Assembly (NCBI GenBank): GCA_004431415.1
Contig: QPMI01000469.1
Span: 124,001 to 188,000, forward strand
Source: Cyanophora paradoxa CCMP329
Taxonomy: Eukaryota > Plantae > Glaucophyta
Direction: 5' to 3'
Length of the DNA stretch: 64,000 nucleotides
Numbering within the stretch: position 1 is the stretch's first letter; each line of letters starts with the position of its first letter. A model generated the notes under the pieces. It saw nothing but the letters and a program-made list of their open reading frames with translations. It had not been told where the DNA came from and did not search any database. The position numbers and the translations under genes are program-made. Below, one piece after another: positions 37,285 to 49,840 of this stretch.

Positions 37285-38235
37285 TTTTAATCTTTCAGAA
37301 AAGAATATACTCCCTTTTTATGTATGTAAGCCAGATCTAGAAGGGCCAGATCATCTTTCAGAAAAGAATCTACTGCCTTTTTATGATTAAAGAGTTTATA
37401 ATCAATCTTTCAATAGAAGCCTCATGAAGGCTTAAGGCTCCTGAAGCCTTCGGCAGCGACGCTCATAACATGTAAGCGACTGACGGACGGAACATGTTAT
37501 TACTAGCGATGTCAAGATATGTATCTGAAGCCAGAGGGGCCATATCATCATTCAGAAAAGAATCTACTTCCTTTTTATGCTTAAAGATTTTAAACATCAG
37601 CAACCTTTCAATAAAAAGCTCATGAAAGCTTAAAGGCTCATGAAGCCTTCCGCGGCGACGGTCATAACATGTTAGCGACTGACGGACGGAACATCTTATT
37701 ACTCGATGTCAAGATATGTATCTAAAGCCAGAGGATGCTAAAAGAGTTTATTAGCAACCTTTCAATAATTATAAAGCCTCATGAAGGCTTAAGGCTCATG
37801 AAGCCTGTGGCAGCGACGCTCATAACATGTAAGCGACTGATGTCAACATGATGTCAACGGAACATGTTATTACTAGCGATGTCAACATATGTATATAAAG
37901 CCAGAGGGGCCATCTCATCTTTCAGAAATTAATCTACTCCCTTTTTATGCTTAAAGAGTTGATAAGCAACCTTTCAATAAAAGCCTCGTGAAGACTTAAG
38001 GCTCATGAAGCCTTCGGCAGCGACGCTCATAACATGTAAGCGACTAACGGACGGAACATGTTATTACTAGCGATGTCAGATTCGCTCAGAACATAATCTA
38101 CTCCCTTTTTAAACCTTTCAATGCAAGCCTCATGAAAGCTTCAAGGCTCATGGAGCGATTGACGGACAGAACATGTTATCATTTGCAATGTCCAGATATG
38201 TATCTACGAGCTTCTGCAAATTATCCTCATGTAAG
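37285..38235. repeat. Degenerate AT-rich tandem array, about 5 copies of ~150-205 bp
   Basis: AAGCCTCATGAAGGCTTAAGGCTCATGAAGCCTT...CATAACATGTAAGCGACT variants start at about 37418, 37616, 37774, 37981 and 38126. Confidence 0.9.
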
Positions 38236-38972
38236 AACATTCTTTCTTTGTATGAGAGTCCCTACTTCTTTTTTCTCCGTTCCCTACTTGTTCCGATCCG
38301 TTCCCTCCGCTCGTTTTTGGCGTTGCCGTAGCTTTCGCTTGCGAGTGGGCTCGTGCGAACCATTCTGATCATTACCTGAAACGGAATGGGTCTACATGGA
38401 GGGCTCAGCAATACCAAAAAGCGCGAACCTTGCTTTTTGCCTTTCAGCCCTAAACGTCGAGCCATTTCATCAGTGTCCGGAATAGGGTCTGCGCAGGCAC
38501 GTTGTGAAATTTGAGGTGCGTCCCGCCGGCGCACTTGACCACTCTATCGCGAACCTTGATCATGCAGTAAGCCTCTCTGCTGTAACATCCGAACCATCTC
38601 CAAACCAATTGGGGTAAGGCCTTCACAATCAGATTCTGCATGAAAGGATAGTTTTGTTCAGCGGAAAGATCTTGAGTTAAGACTGCAAGCGGGCTTGTGC
38701 AAACCATCCTCATCATTCGCTTTCAAACCAACATGCAAGCCCTGCAAGTTTCATGAGACATGAGGCCTAGGTCCAGGCTTCATTTTTCTAAGCTCGAAAT
38801 TTACTGCTTCCACTTCGGGGCGCATACATGTATATGTGTACGTTATGTGTTCCTACTAGTGCTTGCAGTTACTTCTATTGTCCTCGAAATCGAAGAATTG
38901 GCGTTTTGTGACGACGCACTCGTCTCTTTTTCGGTTGAGGACTGGTGCGTTCCGTAACTGCACTCGAGAGAA

Positions 38973-41545
38973 GTGCAATCAAAATCAAGTACGGAGATCA
39001 AGACTGCGATTGGGCTTGTGCGAACCATTGTCCTCCTGGTTGGACTGCTCCTTAACGGTTTCTGCTCGGACTGCAAACTTAGTTGCGCACCGGCGCCGGC
39101 GGCGCACTTGAAGCCTCTTGGCGCGAACCGTGCGGATCGTTTTTTGGCATCTCAGCAATCGCTTTCAGGTGTTGAACATAACGATTCATGTCGTTCAAGA
39201 TCTCGCGTGCAGTTGCCCAAGCGGCCGCCTGGCGTTCCAATGCCTTCGCCAGCAGGCTTTGAACTTGGTTCGCCATTTCTAACGACCGACGAGCAAGTTG
39301 GAGGATCTCCGCACGCTCTGATTCCTGATTCGTCCCTGCATCTCCGGTGCTTCCCTGGTGCTTATCGGTGCACGCATTTGCGCATACGGCCGCACGGGCC
39401 GGCGTACCTTGGAAGGATCGTCCACGCCGGTTCTGCGTCGGCCCCGAAGATCGGCACGGGCATCTCCTTGACAGCCGGTCGATTTGCGTTTATGAGTCTC
39501 TTTGCCGCCCATGCCTTCGACCTGGTTTCGAGAACTGCAGTGTACCCCTCCATTCGGCTCGCCGCTCGCAACTTGTGGAGCGAGAGGGCGGTCGAAGCGG
39601 TCTCGGATCGCAAAAGGTGCGCGCGATGTAGAACGCAACTTGCGAACTGCTGTAACTTGCATCCAACCTTTTGGATGCATACGCAGGTCGAAACCTCGAC
39701 CGAAAGTTTTAGCGCCTTGCATCGCCGAGCTCAAGCGGGCGTTCGAAGAGAAGTGTCTCCTGCAGTGATGCGCACACAATGGCTGTTGACCGACCGCGAC
39801 GCACTTGGAGATGTGTGCCGTGCCTTGCGACACACATAAAACGGTTTGCAGCTGATCATGACTGCAAATCAGGTTGGAAACAAGATCCGTGCCCTCCTTT
39901 TGGATTCGAAAAACTCTCTGCTCGGTGACCGGACGATTCTGTTCATTTGTCCGAAGTGGCCTTCAAATTGGCGAAAGGAACAGGGAATAGCGTTCCTTGG
40001 AATCGCGTCACCCAATGTCCAGATATGCATCGACAATACCTTCCTCGCGTCGGACGACCATCGAGCATTGTTGCTGCCTATATTCGATCCCAGCATCGTC
40101 TACTGCGGCGTTTGGAGCAACGGAACGGAGCACTTCGATCGGATTCGTGCATCTCTAAGCATCCAGTGGCCGTGTCTTCGGGCGATCGAGATCGACGATC
40201 TAGCAACCGCAGCGAAACTTGACGGCACCTTGGAGAAGGACATACGACGAAAGGGGATTAAGTCTGGACTGGAGGCTCTTTCTTCGGAATTTCTGTCATT
40301 ACCGTTTAAAAGACCCACGAATTACAAGTTCTTCACGACTGGGTGGGAAAACCCCAAATTGCAGGATGATAATCGGAACGCCGAATTGGCGGAAAACGCC
40401 CGACTCAAGTACGCTTTTCGGGAACTGGATACGGGAGCCGCGATTCTTCATATCATTGTGAAGAGGGTGAGTAATTCGTTATTCGTTCAAACTCCCTTCT
40501 TTCATCACAACGTTTACAGTATCCGGAGGAGAGCAGGCGGTTCATACTCGATTTCTGTGAGAAGGAGGTGAGCTGGATTCGTTTTTGCATGCATGAGCAT
40601 TCAAAAAACTGCAGGACACACGCTTTGCGCTGCACCTTAACAAACCGGAAGCAATTCAAACATCGACAACTCCCATTTCGGAAGCAATTGAAACATCGAC
40701 ACCTCCCATTTCGTTTGTCCGACCACAAAATGCATCAACTCTCCAGTCGGAATGGGCCTCGACCTATGGACGCAGTCACATGAACCCTAGTGAGCGCAAA
40801 GAGCCGTCTTAAAACGCGCAACGTGTTGATTAATAACCATCTTATGCAGGTTCTTCATCAGATCATGAGATTTCCTCGCTTCGGGCGGAGGTTCAAAACA
40901 TGCGTAATCGGAATAAATTACTTGAAGATGAGAACGAACTTCTGCGACACTCAAAAGACCAGATGGAGGGTGAATAGATTTTTCCGAGTATTATTTCGCT
41001 TTTTTTAAAAAGATTGCCAGGCGTCCAAACTGAGAATGCTTCCTTGATCGCCCGGCTGCAAGGCAAGATCACCAACCGAAGCCTTTTCTTTTGTCTGAAA
41101 CATCGTGCAGGTGTTCAGTCTGAGAATGCTTCTCTTGTCGCCACACTTCAGCAGATGCAAGCATATACCACTTCCCTGGCCACCCAACTTCAGCAGCTGC
41201 AAGGTTGAACAGCCGAGAATGGACGTTTCTTCGTTTTAAACGTTTGCAGGTGTCCAGTCTCAGAATGCTTCGTTAGTCGCCCAGCTTCAGCGGCTGCAAT
41301 GTAAATTCGCAAGCCAGAATCTTTCGTACGATATTGTTTGACCGGTACCGTCACAAACAGCTGCGAACTCAGGTCCCGATACGCAACTTCAACGCCTGAA
41401 CGGTACCTTCTTGACTCTCTTTTTGAAACAGTTCTGGTTGTGAATTGCAGCTGTGATTGCAGCTCTCCAATCTCAGAAGAGAGCTCTTCGTGGTACGATT
41501 CCAGATTCCGTCGCAAAACGTGTGTTTCTTACGTCGAGTCATAAA
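38973..41545 (+). CDS. Protein with a WRN/EXD2/Mut-7-type DEDDy 3'-5' exonuclease-like domain (catalytic acids degenerate) and coiled-coil tail; gene limits uncertain
   Basis: Exon 39853-40467: ILFICPKW...IAFLGIAS (cf. GxDxEW...VALLQLA), IFDPSIVYCGV, IDDLATAA, GLEALSSEFLSLPFKR, TGWENPKL, LKYAFRE (cf. YAAxD). Three repeated GVQxxNASLxAxLQ exons follow at 41020-41300. Confidence 0.55.
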
Positions 41546-41713
41546 TAGATGAAGTCGCAACTCTGCGCGGTAAGGCACTGTGCGGTTTTGATTTGACGCT
41601 CTGGGGCCTGGGCATTGACGTTAGACGCAAACGCTAGATGAAATTTCAACTTTGCGCGGTATGGCGGTTTTTTTAATATTCATTGTCAATCGTTCCGCGA
41701 AATTCATCGTCTT

Positions 41714-43582
41714 CTATTCAGCGAAAATCGCTGATCTGGAGGATGCTGAATTCAATCGCTTTGTGGGAGACCTCACTATATGAATCTTCTGCAGAGGATA
41801 TGAGTGTTTTGAAGACAATATCAATCTTTTGCGAACGCATGATGTGTTGAAAGGATTGCTTGATATCCGTGCGACACTTTGAAAAGGGGCTGCACGCATG
41901 TCCATTTAGAAATCCACAAAACATTGAGAACCAAATCGGGGGGAGAGTAGACCCCAACGGGTACATCGGTAGTTCTGAGGGGTACAATGCGACGGGGGGG
42001 TACTACATTGTTTTTGTCGCGGGAACGATGTCGATGCAAGCTCCAAACACGATGTCGCCGGTTGCAATCGAACGATCGGTACGCATTCGAATTCACGCTT
42101 GCTCGTGGTTGCGACGGTTAAAGCTGACAGAGCTATCGCCTGCGAAGTTTGAATTCGAGCCAGCGAAACCGACATCGATGAAACGTGTGTGTGATGAAAC
42201 CGCCGAAATGTGTCATTGTACTAAATGCGAGGCTGATGCTTGGGTGCGAACCCTGCCTTTTGGAGGCTGATGCTTGGGTGCGAATCTTACATAGAAGTTA
42301 CATCGTTGCCGCAGGACTTTTTGCAACGCATTAAGCGTGCAAAGGACGTGTTGATGCCTCTTTTTAAACCTTCGGAAGAAAAATTGCAGCTGAAAGACTC
42401 GGAAGAGTGCGCCACGTTCCGGGATCCATCATTTTCGCAAACGCACATCATATCGTAACTTATATGTACAGGAATGATGATTCAGATGACGTGTTGACGC
42501 CTGTTTTTAAACCTTCAAAACTGCAAAAGAAAGACTCAGAAGAGTGCGCCACTTTACATCATTTATGTAAACGCGCATCATTCGTAACTTGCATGTACGT
42601 ACGTATACAGGGAGGATGATTCAGATGACGTGTTGACGCCTGTTTTTAAACCTTCAAAACTGCAAATGACAGACTCGGAAGAGTGCGCCACGTTCCATCA
42701 TTTAGGCAAACGTGATTCATTTCGTAATTAATATGTACAGGGTTACCCTTAATATCGAATATTGCGACGGTGGCGTTGTCGCTCAGATAATGCCGTTTAT
42801 AATGCTTCCTAATGAGACATTCGCATCGGCTGTGAAACGTGCTTGCATCGAGTTCAAGACGAGTCCGGAGGGAATGGAGTTGTGGTGGGATGAGGAACCG
42901 CTTCGCGGTTCGGAGACACCTGCAGACGTCGGCCTTACTGATCGCGGTTTTCTGACCCTTCTGTGAGCCGAGGATTCGTTTTATATATACTGTAAATGTT
43001 AAATATTGACAAATCGCAGCAAATCTGGACCCACCAAGAAAAACGCAAAATCACCGGAAACACCTCGAGCTCCAACAACAGAAATGCGAATTCGAGACGA
43101 CGCTAAACTGGAAGACAAGCAACTCCGGATTGAACTTGAACATAATAACGAAACGGAAAAAAAGTTGAAAGGCTGTGAAGAGTGCGAAACAATTGTTTTG
43201 ACAGTAGAACCGTTTTTCATTTGACGATCCAACCGCAGCGTTTCCTTGAAAATCGACCACTGCGACAGTGGTGAAGTCACTCAACTTACGCCATTTTATA
43301 TGCTTTCTACCGAAACGTTCGGATCCGCTGTGGAACGTGCTTGCGTCCTGCTCAAGCTGTGTCCCGAAGGGATGGAGCTGTGGTGGGGTAACAACACGCT
43401 TCGCGCCTCGGAGACACCTTCAAACGTTGGGCTTACTGGATCTGGCCATCTCACGCTTCTGTTCGTTCCTTTGTCGTTTTGGATTTGAATTAACGTCCTA
43501 AACATTTTCCAGGAAAACGGGAATATCGGATACGCAGCAGTCACCGAACGCAACTCCACGGCCCTGCTGCGCTAGCACGTAG
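41714..43582 (+). CDS. Protein with two tandem SUMO-like (Rad60-SLD-type) domains, no terminal di-Gly
   Basis: SLD1 at 42742-42962 (ETFASAVKRAC...MELWWDEEPLRGSETPADVGL) and SLD2 at 43240-43460 (ETFGSAVERAC...MELWWGNNTLRASETPSNVGL) are joined in frame by phase-2 introns. They are preceded by three repeated DVLxPxFKPS...DSEE exons. Stop at 43580-43582; start uncertain. Confidence 0.7.
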
Positions 43583-43659
43583 TTTCGGTCCGGGCAATGT
43601 ACTTTTCTTGCTTGAACAATGCAATCTGTCGATTTTCTGCCTATCTTCTGCCTGCCTAT

Positions 43660-44806
43660 CTATTCATCAGTTAATTCTTCTTCGATGTCAACAGAGCCGG
43701 TTCTCTTTGACGTATCCGTGCCAACTCTAAAAGTATATTGCCCAGCTTGTCTTGTGAGCGTCCACTGAAAAACAGTGAGAAAGCACACAGAACAAAAAGA
43801 GAGGAGCGAGTACCTCCTCGCCGGTAGATATATCGCGGAAGCGCACTGCTGGGGCGTCCGCCTCGCCAGCTTGAAAAAGAGATTTGACAGCTGAAAACAT
43901 AAGCGCCGCATGGCTCGATGGGCTTCGTGGGATTGATTTAAGAAGACGTTTTGTCGAGCCTTGTCTGCGCTTCTCTTTTCCGGCAAGTGCATTTATCATT
44001 GCCTGTACATATGTCAGGTATTGAAATGATGTGAAATGAACCGCACCGTTGACGAAATGACCACAGAGTCGTCTAACGTCACATTTTCCGGAAGATTTCG
44101 AAGATCTAATGACAAAAAGTCACAAATTGAAAAGAACTGTACAAAATTCAAACCAGAACGAACTTGTTCTCACGTTGATCTCAAGTTCAAATTTCCGTTT
44201 TCCCAGTCCGATTGTTATAACTGCCCTTGTGCTTGTTTTGGGTGATTTAAACATCGTAAAACCAGGGACGGCTACATCCAGTGCGGATCCTTGAGAAAGG
44301 ATGTGTGGTTTCCAGCTGCGAGTGTGCGGGTAAGAACGAAAAACGCAATCACGAGTTTCCTTACCTTGCGTTCCCTCTCCATGTATACGGGTCAGAATCA
44401 GGATCCTTGAAATAAAAGGTTACATTTCCGTGAAGGCGGACACTTCCCTCGCCTTTGAAAACAATCTGTCATGGACAGATGTGTTATTCGCCGCAGTTCG
44501 CACTGCAGTTCGACTGCAGAAAAACCGCACAAAAATGTTCGACTCGGATGGAACTACACCTGAAGCACTTGATGTGTCGTACGAGCGGAAATAGTTTAGA
44601 TTGGAGTTTTTGCAAGCATCTGGCTGAAATTCAAATGTCAGCACAAGTAAGGTGACACAATCATGCCAAGGTTACGAACGTGCGCATCGAAGTCGGAATT
44701 CCGATACGCATGCAATGAAAACAGTTTGCACTGTACATCCACCATGTTAAAAGAGCCTTCCCATGGTCTAGTCAAGGGCATGCTGGCCTGCTCTTCAGAG
44801 CTCATG
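43660..44806 (-). CDS. Hypothetical multi-exon protein
   Basis: Minus-strand ORF pieces 44420-44644, 43727-43999 and 43660-43992, with a possible start MSSEEQ at ~44806. Confidence 0.3.
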
Positions 44807-44929
44807 CTTGTAGGAGTCTTCAAATTGTGAGGTAGCGTACCCCTGCAGGTAGCGTACCCCTGCAACCTTGCACAAAGAAATCGACCTCCTCCGAATCCGC
44901 AGCGACACGTGTGTTGACATACGTTGAGA

Positions 44930-45820
44930 ATGGAGAGCGGCGAGGAGAAACGCGCGCTCGAACCAGAGGAAAGCGGCCCGGCGCGTGCGCAGAAGCGCGC
45001 GCGCGAGGAGCGCACAGCCGAAAACGTCAGCGTGGATGAGGCGACGCGGCGGCAGCTCGAGAGGCAAGCGTCAGCGGAAGCGGTTGCGGAGATCTATCGA
45101 CGTCTGCGGAAGGCTGAGGAGCGGGCTGCAGCCGCCAAGAACGACGCAAGAGCTCTCAGCGATGACGAAGCAGCAGAAGAGCGGCCAAAGGAGCTTCCGT
45201 GTCGTACCTGTGTCGAGAACCCGTCAGCCCCACTGTGCATATGCGCCATCATCCTGGCTATCGAGAGTGCCAGCACTTTGGACGAAATCCCTATGGACGT
45301 TCGGCCCTTCGCTAATTTGGCGCTTCGGATCGCCAAGCTCCACCGGCAGTCGCGGGCCTTCGACATCCTCCCCCAATCGGGCGAGGACAGCGATCTCGAA
45401 GGAGAAGGTGAGGACACGAATTACTGCACCACCCTGATTGAATCTCTGCCGTCGGAGGGGGAGGGGCCTCTGGACCTGAACAGTGCGCATGGCCTTCTGT
45501 TTTAATTTACCCCGAGAAATTCTGCTTTCACATAGCCAGTGATCATGAGCGCAGGGGGACTCTGGGAGCACATCTGTATGGTCACCCTCGAAGGCTTTCA
45601 AGTGGCGAAGAGCCCGCTGCGCATGTTTCAGCTCTGTTCTGGTGGTTTCCGCGTTCGCGATCCTCTTCATCCGTCCGTGGATAAAGCGCTTCGCGACATC
45701 TGCGGACTCCGCCTCAGCAACTGCGACATCGAGTTCTTTAGGGACATTTCCAAGCGCCTGAAAGAGGAGCAGGCCAGTAAAGATGTGAAGCAAATGGGGA
45801 CATCTGACGTACACTTTTGA
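44930..45820 (+). pseudogene. Degenerate F-box-like gene ending just before the repeat array
   Basis: 193-aa ORF with CxxC and CxC motifs, then a frameshifted LFNLPREILL(H)IAS F-box-like motif at ~45500-45540. Confidence 0.35.
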
Positions 45821-45886
45821 ATTCAATTGAATTGAGCCATCATTTCCGAGAAGAGTGCGGGGCGAACGGCGGGGCAGGGGCTTTCT

Positions 45887-46702
45887 AGAATGTGGTGTAG
45901 AAATTGCAAAGTGCTGTTTTTCTCGACCGGAGCCAGCATCTGCGACCACCACCATTATTTGAGGGTGGAAATAGACTTCGAATTCTGCGACCGAGCCATC
46001 ATTTCCGGGGAAGAGTGCCGGGCGAACATTTATCTTTCTTTTTCTGTTAGTCAAGATGCTAATCATGTTCGAAAGCACCCTAGAGCGGAGCAGAGGCTCG
46101 TCTGGCCTTCCATTCTCGAGGACGAGGTCCGATGCCCGACCCAGTGACCGAGCCATCATTTCCGGGGAAGAGTGCCGGGCGAACATTTATCTTTCTTTTT
46201 CTGTTAGTCAAGATGCTAATCATGTTCGAAAGCACCCTAGAGCGGAGCAGAGGCTCGTCTGGCCTTCCATTCTCGAGGACGAGGTCCGATGCCCCACCCA
46301 GTGACCGAGCCATCATTTCCGGGGAGGAGTGCCGGGCGAACATTTATCTTTCTTTTTCTGTTAGTCAAGATGCTAATCATGTTCGAAAGCACCCTAGAGC
46401 GGAGCAGAGGCTCGTCTGGCCTTCCATTCTCGAGGACGAGGTCCGATGCCCCACCCAGTGACCGAGCCATCATTTCCGGGGAGGAGTGCCGGGCGAACAT
46501 TTATCTTTCTTTTTCTGTTAGTCAAGATGCTTATCATGTTTGAAAGCACCCTAGAGCGGAGCAGAGGCTCGTCTGGCCTTCCATTCTCGAGGAGGAGATC
46601 TCGCCTTGAGATGTTAAAAATGTCCGCAAACGAGAAACCTTTTGAAATACAAAGAAATGCATGAATATCCACATTGATGCCAAAACGTAAGCAAGACGGA
46701 CC
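45887..46702 (-). repeat. Inverted copy of the right-end region: about 4 x 157-bp units plus flanks
   Basis: GACCGAGCCATCATTTCCGGGG occurs at ~45989, 46146, 46303 and 46460. Both flanks are diverged reverse-complement matches to 53845-53899 and 52794-52899. Confidence 0.95.
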
Positions 46703-46872
46703 CATTCTCGAGCCTCTTTCGCGTGAGAGATATTGAATTTACAGCGTCCTAGGATAGTCGCCAACTGCATGAGCAACCCCTGCCAAGCTTTCAGTGCCCG
46801 CGACCAAGCTTTCATTTCCGGGAACTAAGGAAGTGCACGGGAAGAGCGTCTTTCTCATGAGAGATATTGAAA

Positions 46873-48872
46873 TTATGCGAGATATTGAATTAACAGCGTG
46901 CTAGGATAGTCGCCAACGCTTACGGTAAAACGCCCTTCAACCCAGGGTGACACAGCACGACGCGCTGACTCCACAAGCTCCTTGGACACGACCAAAGAGA
47001 CCTCAAACTGTCTTGCTCTTTCTTTCGAAATCCCCCGCAACGCCGAGAGTGCAGAAAGGCGTGCCAATGTCCCGTCTTGCCATGGGTATTTGACACTTAG
47101 AGATTCGAGTTTCGGAGATGAAACGGCTGCCTGCGCGTGCAACACGTTGTGAAATCGCCAGTCGAGATCAGCACCAAGTAAAACATACCTGCAGGTACCA
47201 CGGCGGAACGTTGACCGTCGTTAGCTTTGTTAAAAACTGCTGCGACGCGAGGATGACGTCTTCAAGAGTTGTTGATATTATGTGGTCGTCGCGCGTATGC
47301 ATGGATATCCTCATTACGATCTCCAGGGACTTGAGAGATGAACTCGATCTAAACCCCGTAGTAGCGGATCGGAGAACACCCGCTCCAGAATTCGAATCCA
47401 AAGCGGTCTGTGATCGCGGTGTACGTCAAGAATCTTCCAAAAAACTGCCCAGCAACAACCATTACGCACGTTAAACTCGCACGTGAGTCTCATACTCCGA
47501 AGTCTTGTAAGTGCGCCCAGCTCCGCCAAACCAAAACCGGAGTTCTCGGAAACCTGAGAGGAGTAAGCATCTCGCAAATCAAATACTTCTCGCAGCAAAC
47601 GGACCGTAATATCCAACTCTGAAAGATTCAAAAAACGAAGAATAGAAGCAATCGTACGTGGGCTTGCTGCTCCGAGAACGATTTCATCATACGTGTTGCA
47701 AGCGAATCTCAGTGACTTCAAAATACTGGGCTTAAGAGCCTCGAGCGCCTTATCAACGGATTGCGCCTCAGCAGCGTTGTGTGCTCCACAAATGGTCGCT
47801 TTTAAGTCCGTCAAGGGGAGCGGCAGTAGTGCTAGCAGGGATTCCCCTCCACGAAACCCGCTGTGAAGCCGCTGCAGCGCTGGCCACAAACGTGCCATTT
47901 TCTCCTGCGCATTCTGAAATTAGACTGCATCTGAGCATTATCATTTTTCGATTATAATAATGCTCACGGTAAGAGCGGCATCCATGAAATTCGCAATTTC
48001 TATTCCATGCAATTCCGGAGGAATCACAGCGCTGATATCCTCCAGAGTGGGAACGCAGCCTGGAACAGCTGCATCCACGATATCTTGCAAAAGACGTTCT
48101 GAGCCGACCCGTAACGTACGGACGGGAGAACTGGTGACCGACGACAGGAAATCGATTGCAACTCCAAACTCTCGGGGGAATTCAGTTTGCCCGCAATATC
48201 CTAGGAGGCCTGCACCGAAGAACAATTCCTCAGGGCCGCTTGCGGGGGGCTTCGTCAAAGCTGAAATAATTTCTGCCATTCAACGGTCAGGCAACGGAGA
48301 TGAATTGATTGCGCTCGTGACGCACTCTGTATGAGGCGAACATACGACTCTGCGGCAGACTCTGCCATTATACACGGACACCACCGAGGATTAACGTTCA
48401 TGACGGCTGAGCCCAGAACGTCATATATCTCGAGCCGCCTACATCCAGCAAACATTCGGGTCTCCACGAGTGCCACTATTCGATTGTGCTGCCGGGAAAG
48501 GGCTTTTACGATCCGCTGTTCGTCCGAAACCGCGCTCGCGTGCGGACGTGCACGCCACGGCGCTGCGTTTGTGCTATAAAAAGAAGACAATTTGCTCTCC
48601 GCGGCGGGCGCGGTACGCTCGCACAAGATGTCTACGTCAATTTGCAGCCGTTCCCACAGCACGTCTCGGACGAGACGGCCAAGGCGCCGATTCAAGCGCC
48701 AGAGCTGACACGTATCGTATGCCTCCATAGCTTCCACGTGGCTAAATATGCGCACGACAAGATCGTCGGGGAGCATTGCGAAGAAGTCTCTCCCGTCATC
48801 GGACGAAGTGCTAGCTGAAGCGCGCTCGTTCTTTCGCTTCGCTCGAGCGCAGAGCTGCATTGAGAGCTGCAC
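46873..48872 (-). CDS. F-box plus LRR-like protein (multi-exon and/or frameshifted)
   Basis: FFAMLPDDLVVRIFSHV...LWRLNRRLGRLVRDVLWERL is an F-box. Downstream LRR-like segments include WPALQRLH, LKSLRFAC, LSELDIT, LTRLRSMRL and PKLESLSV. Confidence 0.75.
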
Positions 48873-48933
48873 CGTACAAGTCCGTCAGACTCCGTCTGTG
48901 CTGTTGGGGTACCGTACTTTACAGACCGTCCGC

Positions 48934-49840
48934 ATGGACGTCGACGAGCCCGCCTACCGGCCGCAGTGGCAACCGAATCTTGTCACGCGGACATCATCGT
49001 GGGGACGTGGTGCGTGGCACTGTGCGCCTGCAGTTGCCGCGCTTTGAATTTGAATCGCCTTGCAGAGCGCACGGCGTCGCTGCTGGCGCTGCTGAAAAGC
49101 AACGACCTGAGCCTCGCCGATCTGCACAGCTCGAGTGGGAAGTGGAATGATTGGCGTGCGAACAAAGAGCTCGACAAGCTGATCGATCGCATCGCTTCCG
49201 AGCACGATCTAGAAGGACTTGACTCCATCCAGCTGCTTGGTCACAAAACCGACATTCCCGAGCATCAGGCACGCCAGCGCATGCATATGCAAGCTTGCGC
49301 GGCGCTTCTCCTTGCTGACCTCTACATACTTCTAGCTCCAGCGCCTGCTCGCGGTCATCACGAAGCAAGCCAGTAAGCTCTGCCAATTGCGCGCTCTTCG
49401 CTGCCACGGCTGGGGCTTGGACGACGCTTCGTTTGAGGCGTACATCCTGCCGATTCTCGGAATTCCGGGGCTCTGTATCCGTGGTGTAAATGTTGGCGAG
49501 AATGACAAGGTACGTTAACGTTGATCATGTGGTGATTATGTCACAGGTACGTTGATTGGGTATGTCACAGTTGACGAACGCGGCTGGCGTGGCGTTTTTT
49601 AAGGCCCTTCAAACGGCGCAAGACTGCGTTGGCTTCTACATCGGCGAGGGAAAGCTCACTCGGCAGACACACAAAGCTATTGCCCTTATCATCTCCGAGC
49701 GATGGGCCGCCCTTGACGGGGACTTGCGCAAGGAGGTCAAGCTCTGCCAGCCAGCCATCAGTTTCTTCCGAATTTCAACTCGAAAGCGTCAACTTCGTCC
49801 GCGAAAATGGAAGGCCAGCCGAGCCCCTGCCCCGGTTTAG
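48934..49840 (+). CDS. Small RNI-like leucine-rich-repeat protein, multi-exon
   Basis: The spliced reading LRALRCHGWGLDDASF...IRGVNVGENDK|LTNAAGVAFFKAL...FYIGEGKLTRQTHKAI fits LxxLxLxxNxI(T)xxG...AL periodicity. Confidence 0.5.

Noticed and set aside
45289-45297. CCCTATGG as a left TIR partner of 53946
   Set aside because: The match is only 8 bp, lies inside an ORF and diverges immediately afterwards.
45950-46700. Repeated ORFs MFARHSSPEMM... here and at 53.0-54.0 kb
   Set aside because: They are translations of the 157-bp repeat, whose length is not a multiple of three.
49640-49740. HMG-box-like ISERWAALDGDLRKE
   Set aside because: The upstream spliced context fits RNI-type LRR periodicity, and the first HMG helix motif is missing.
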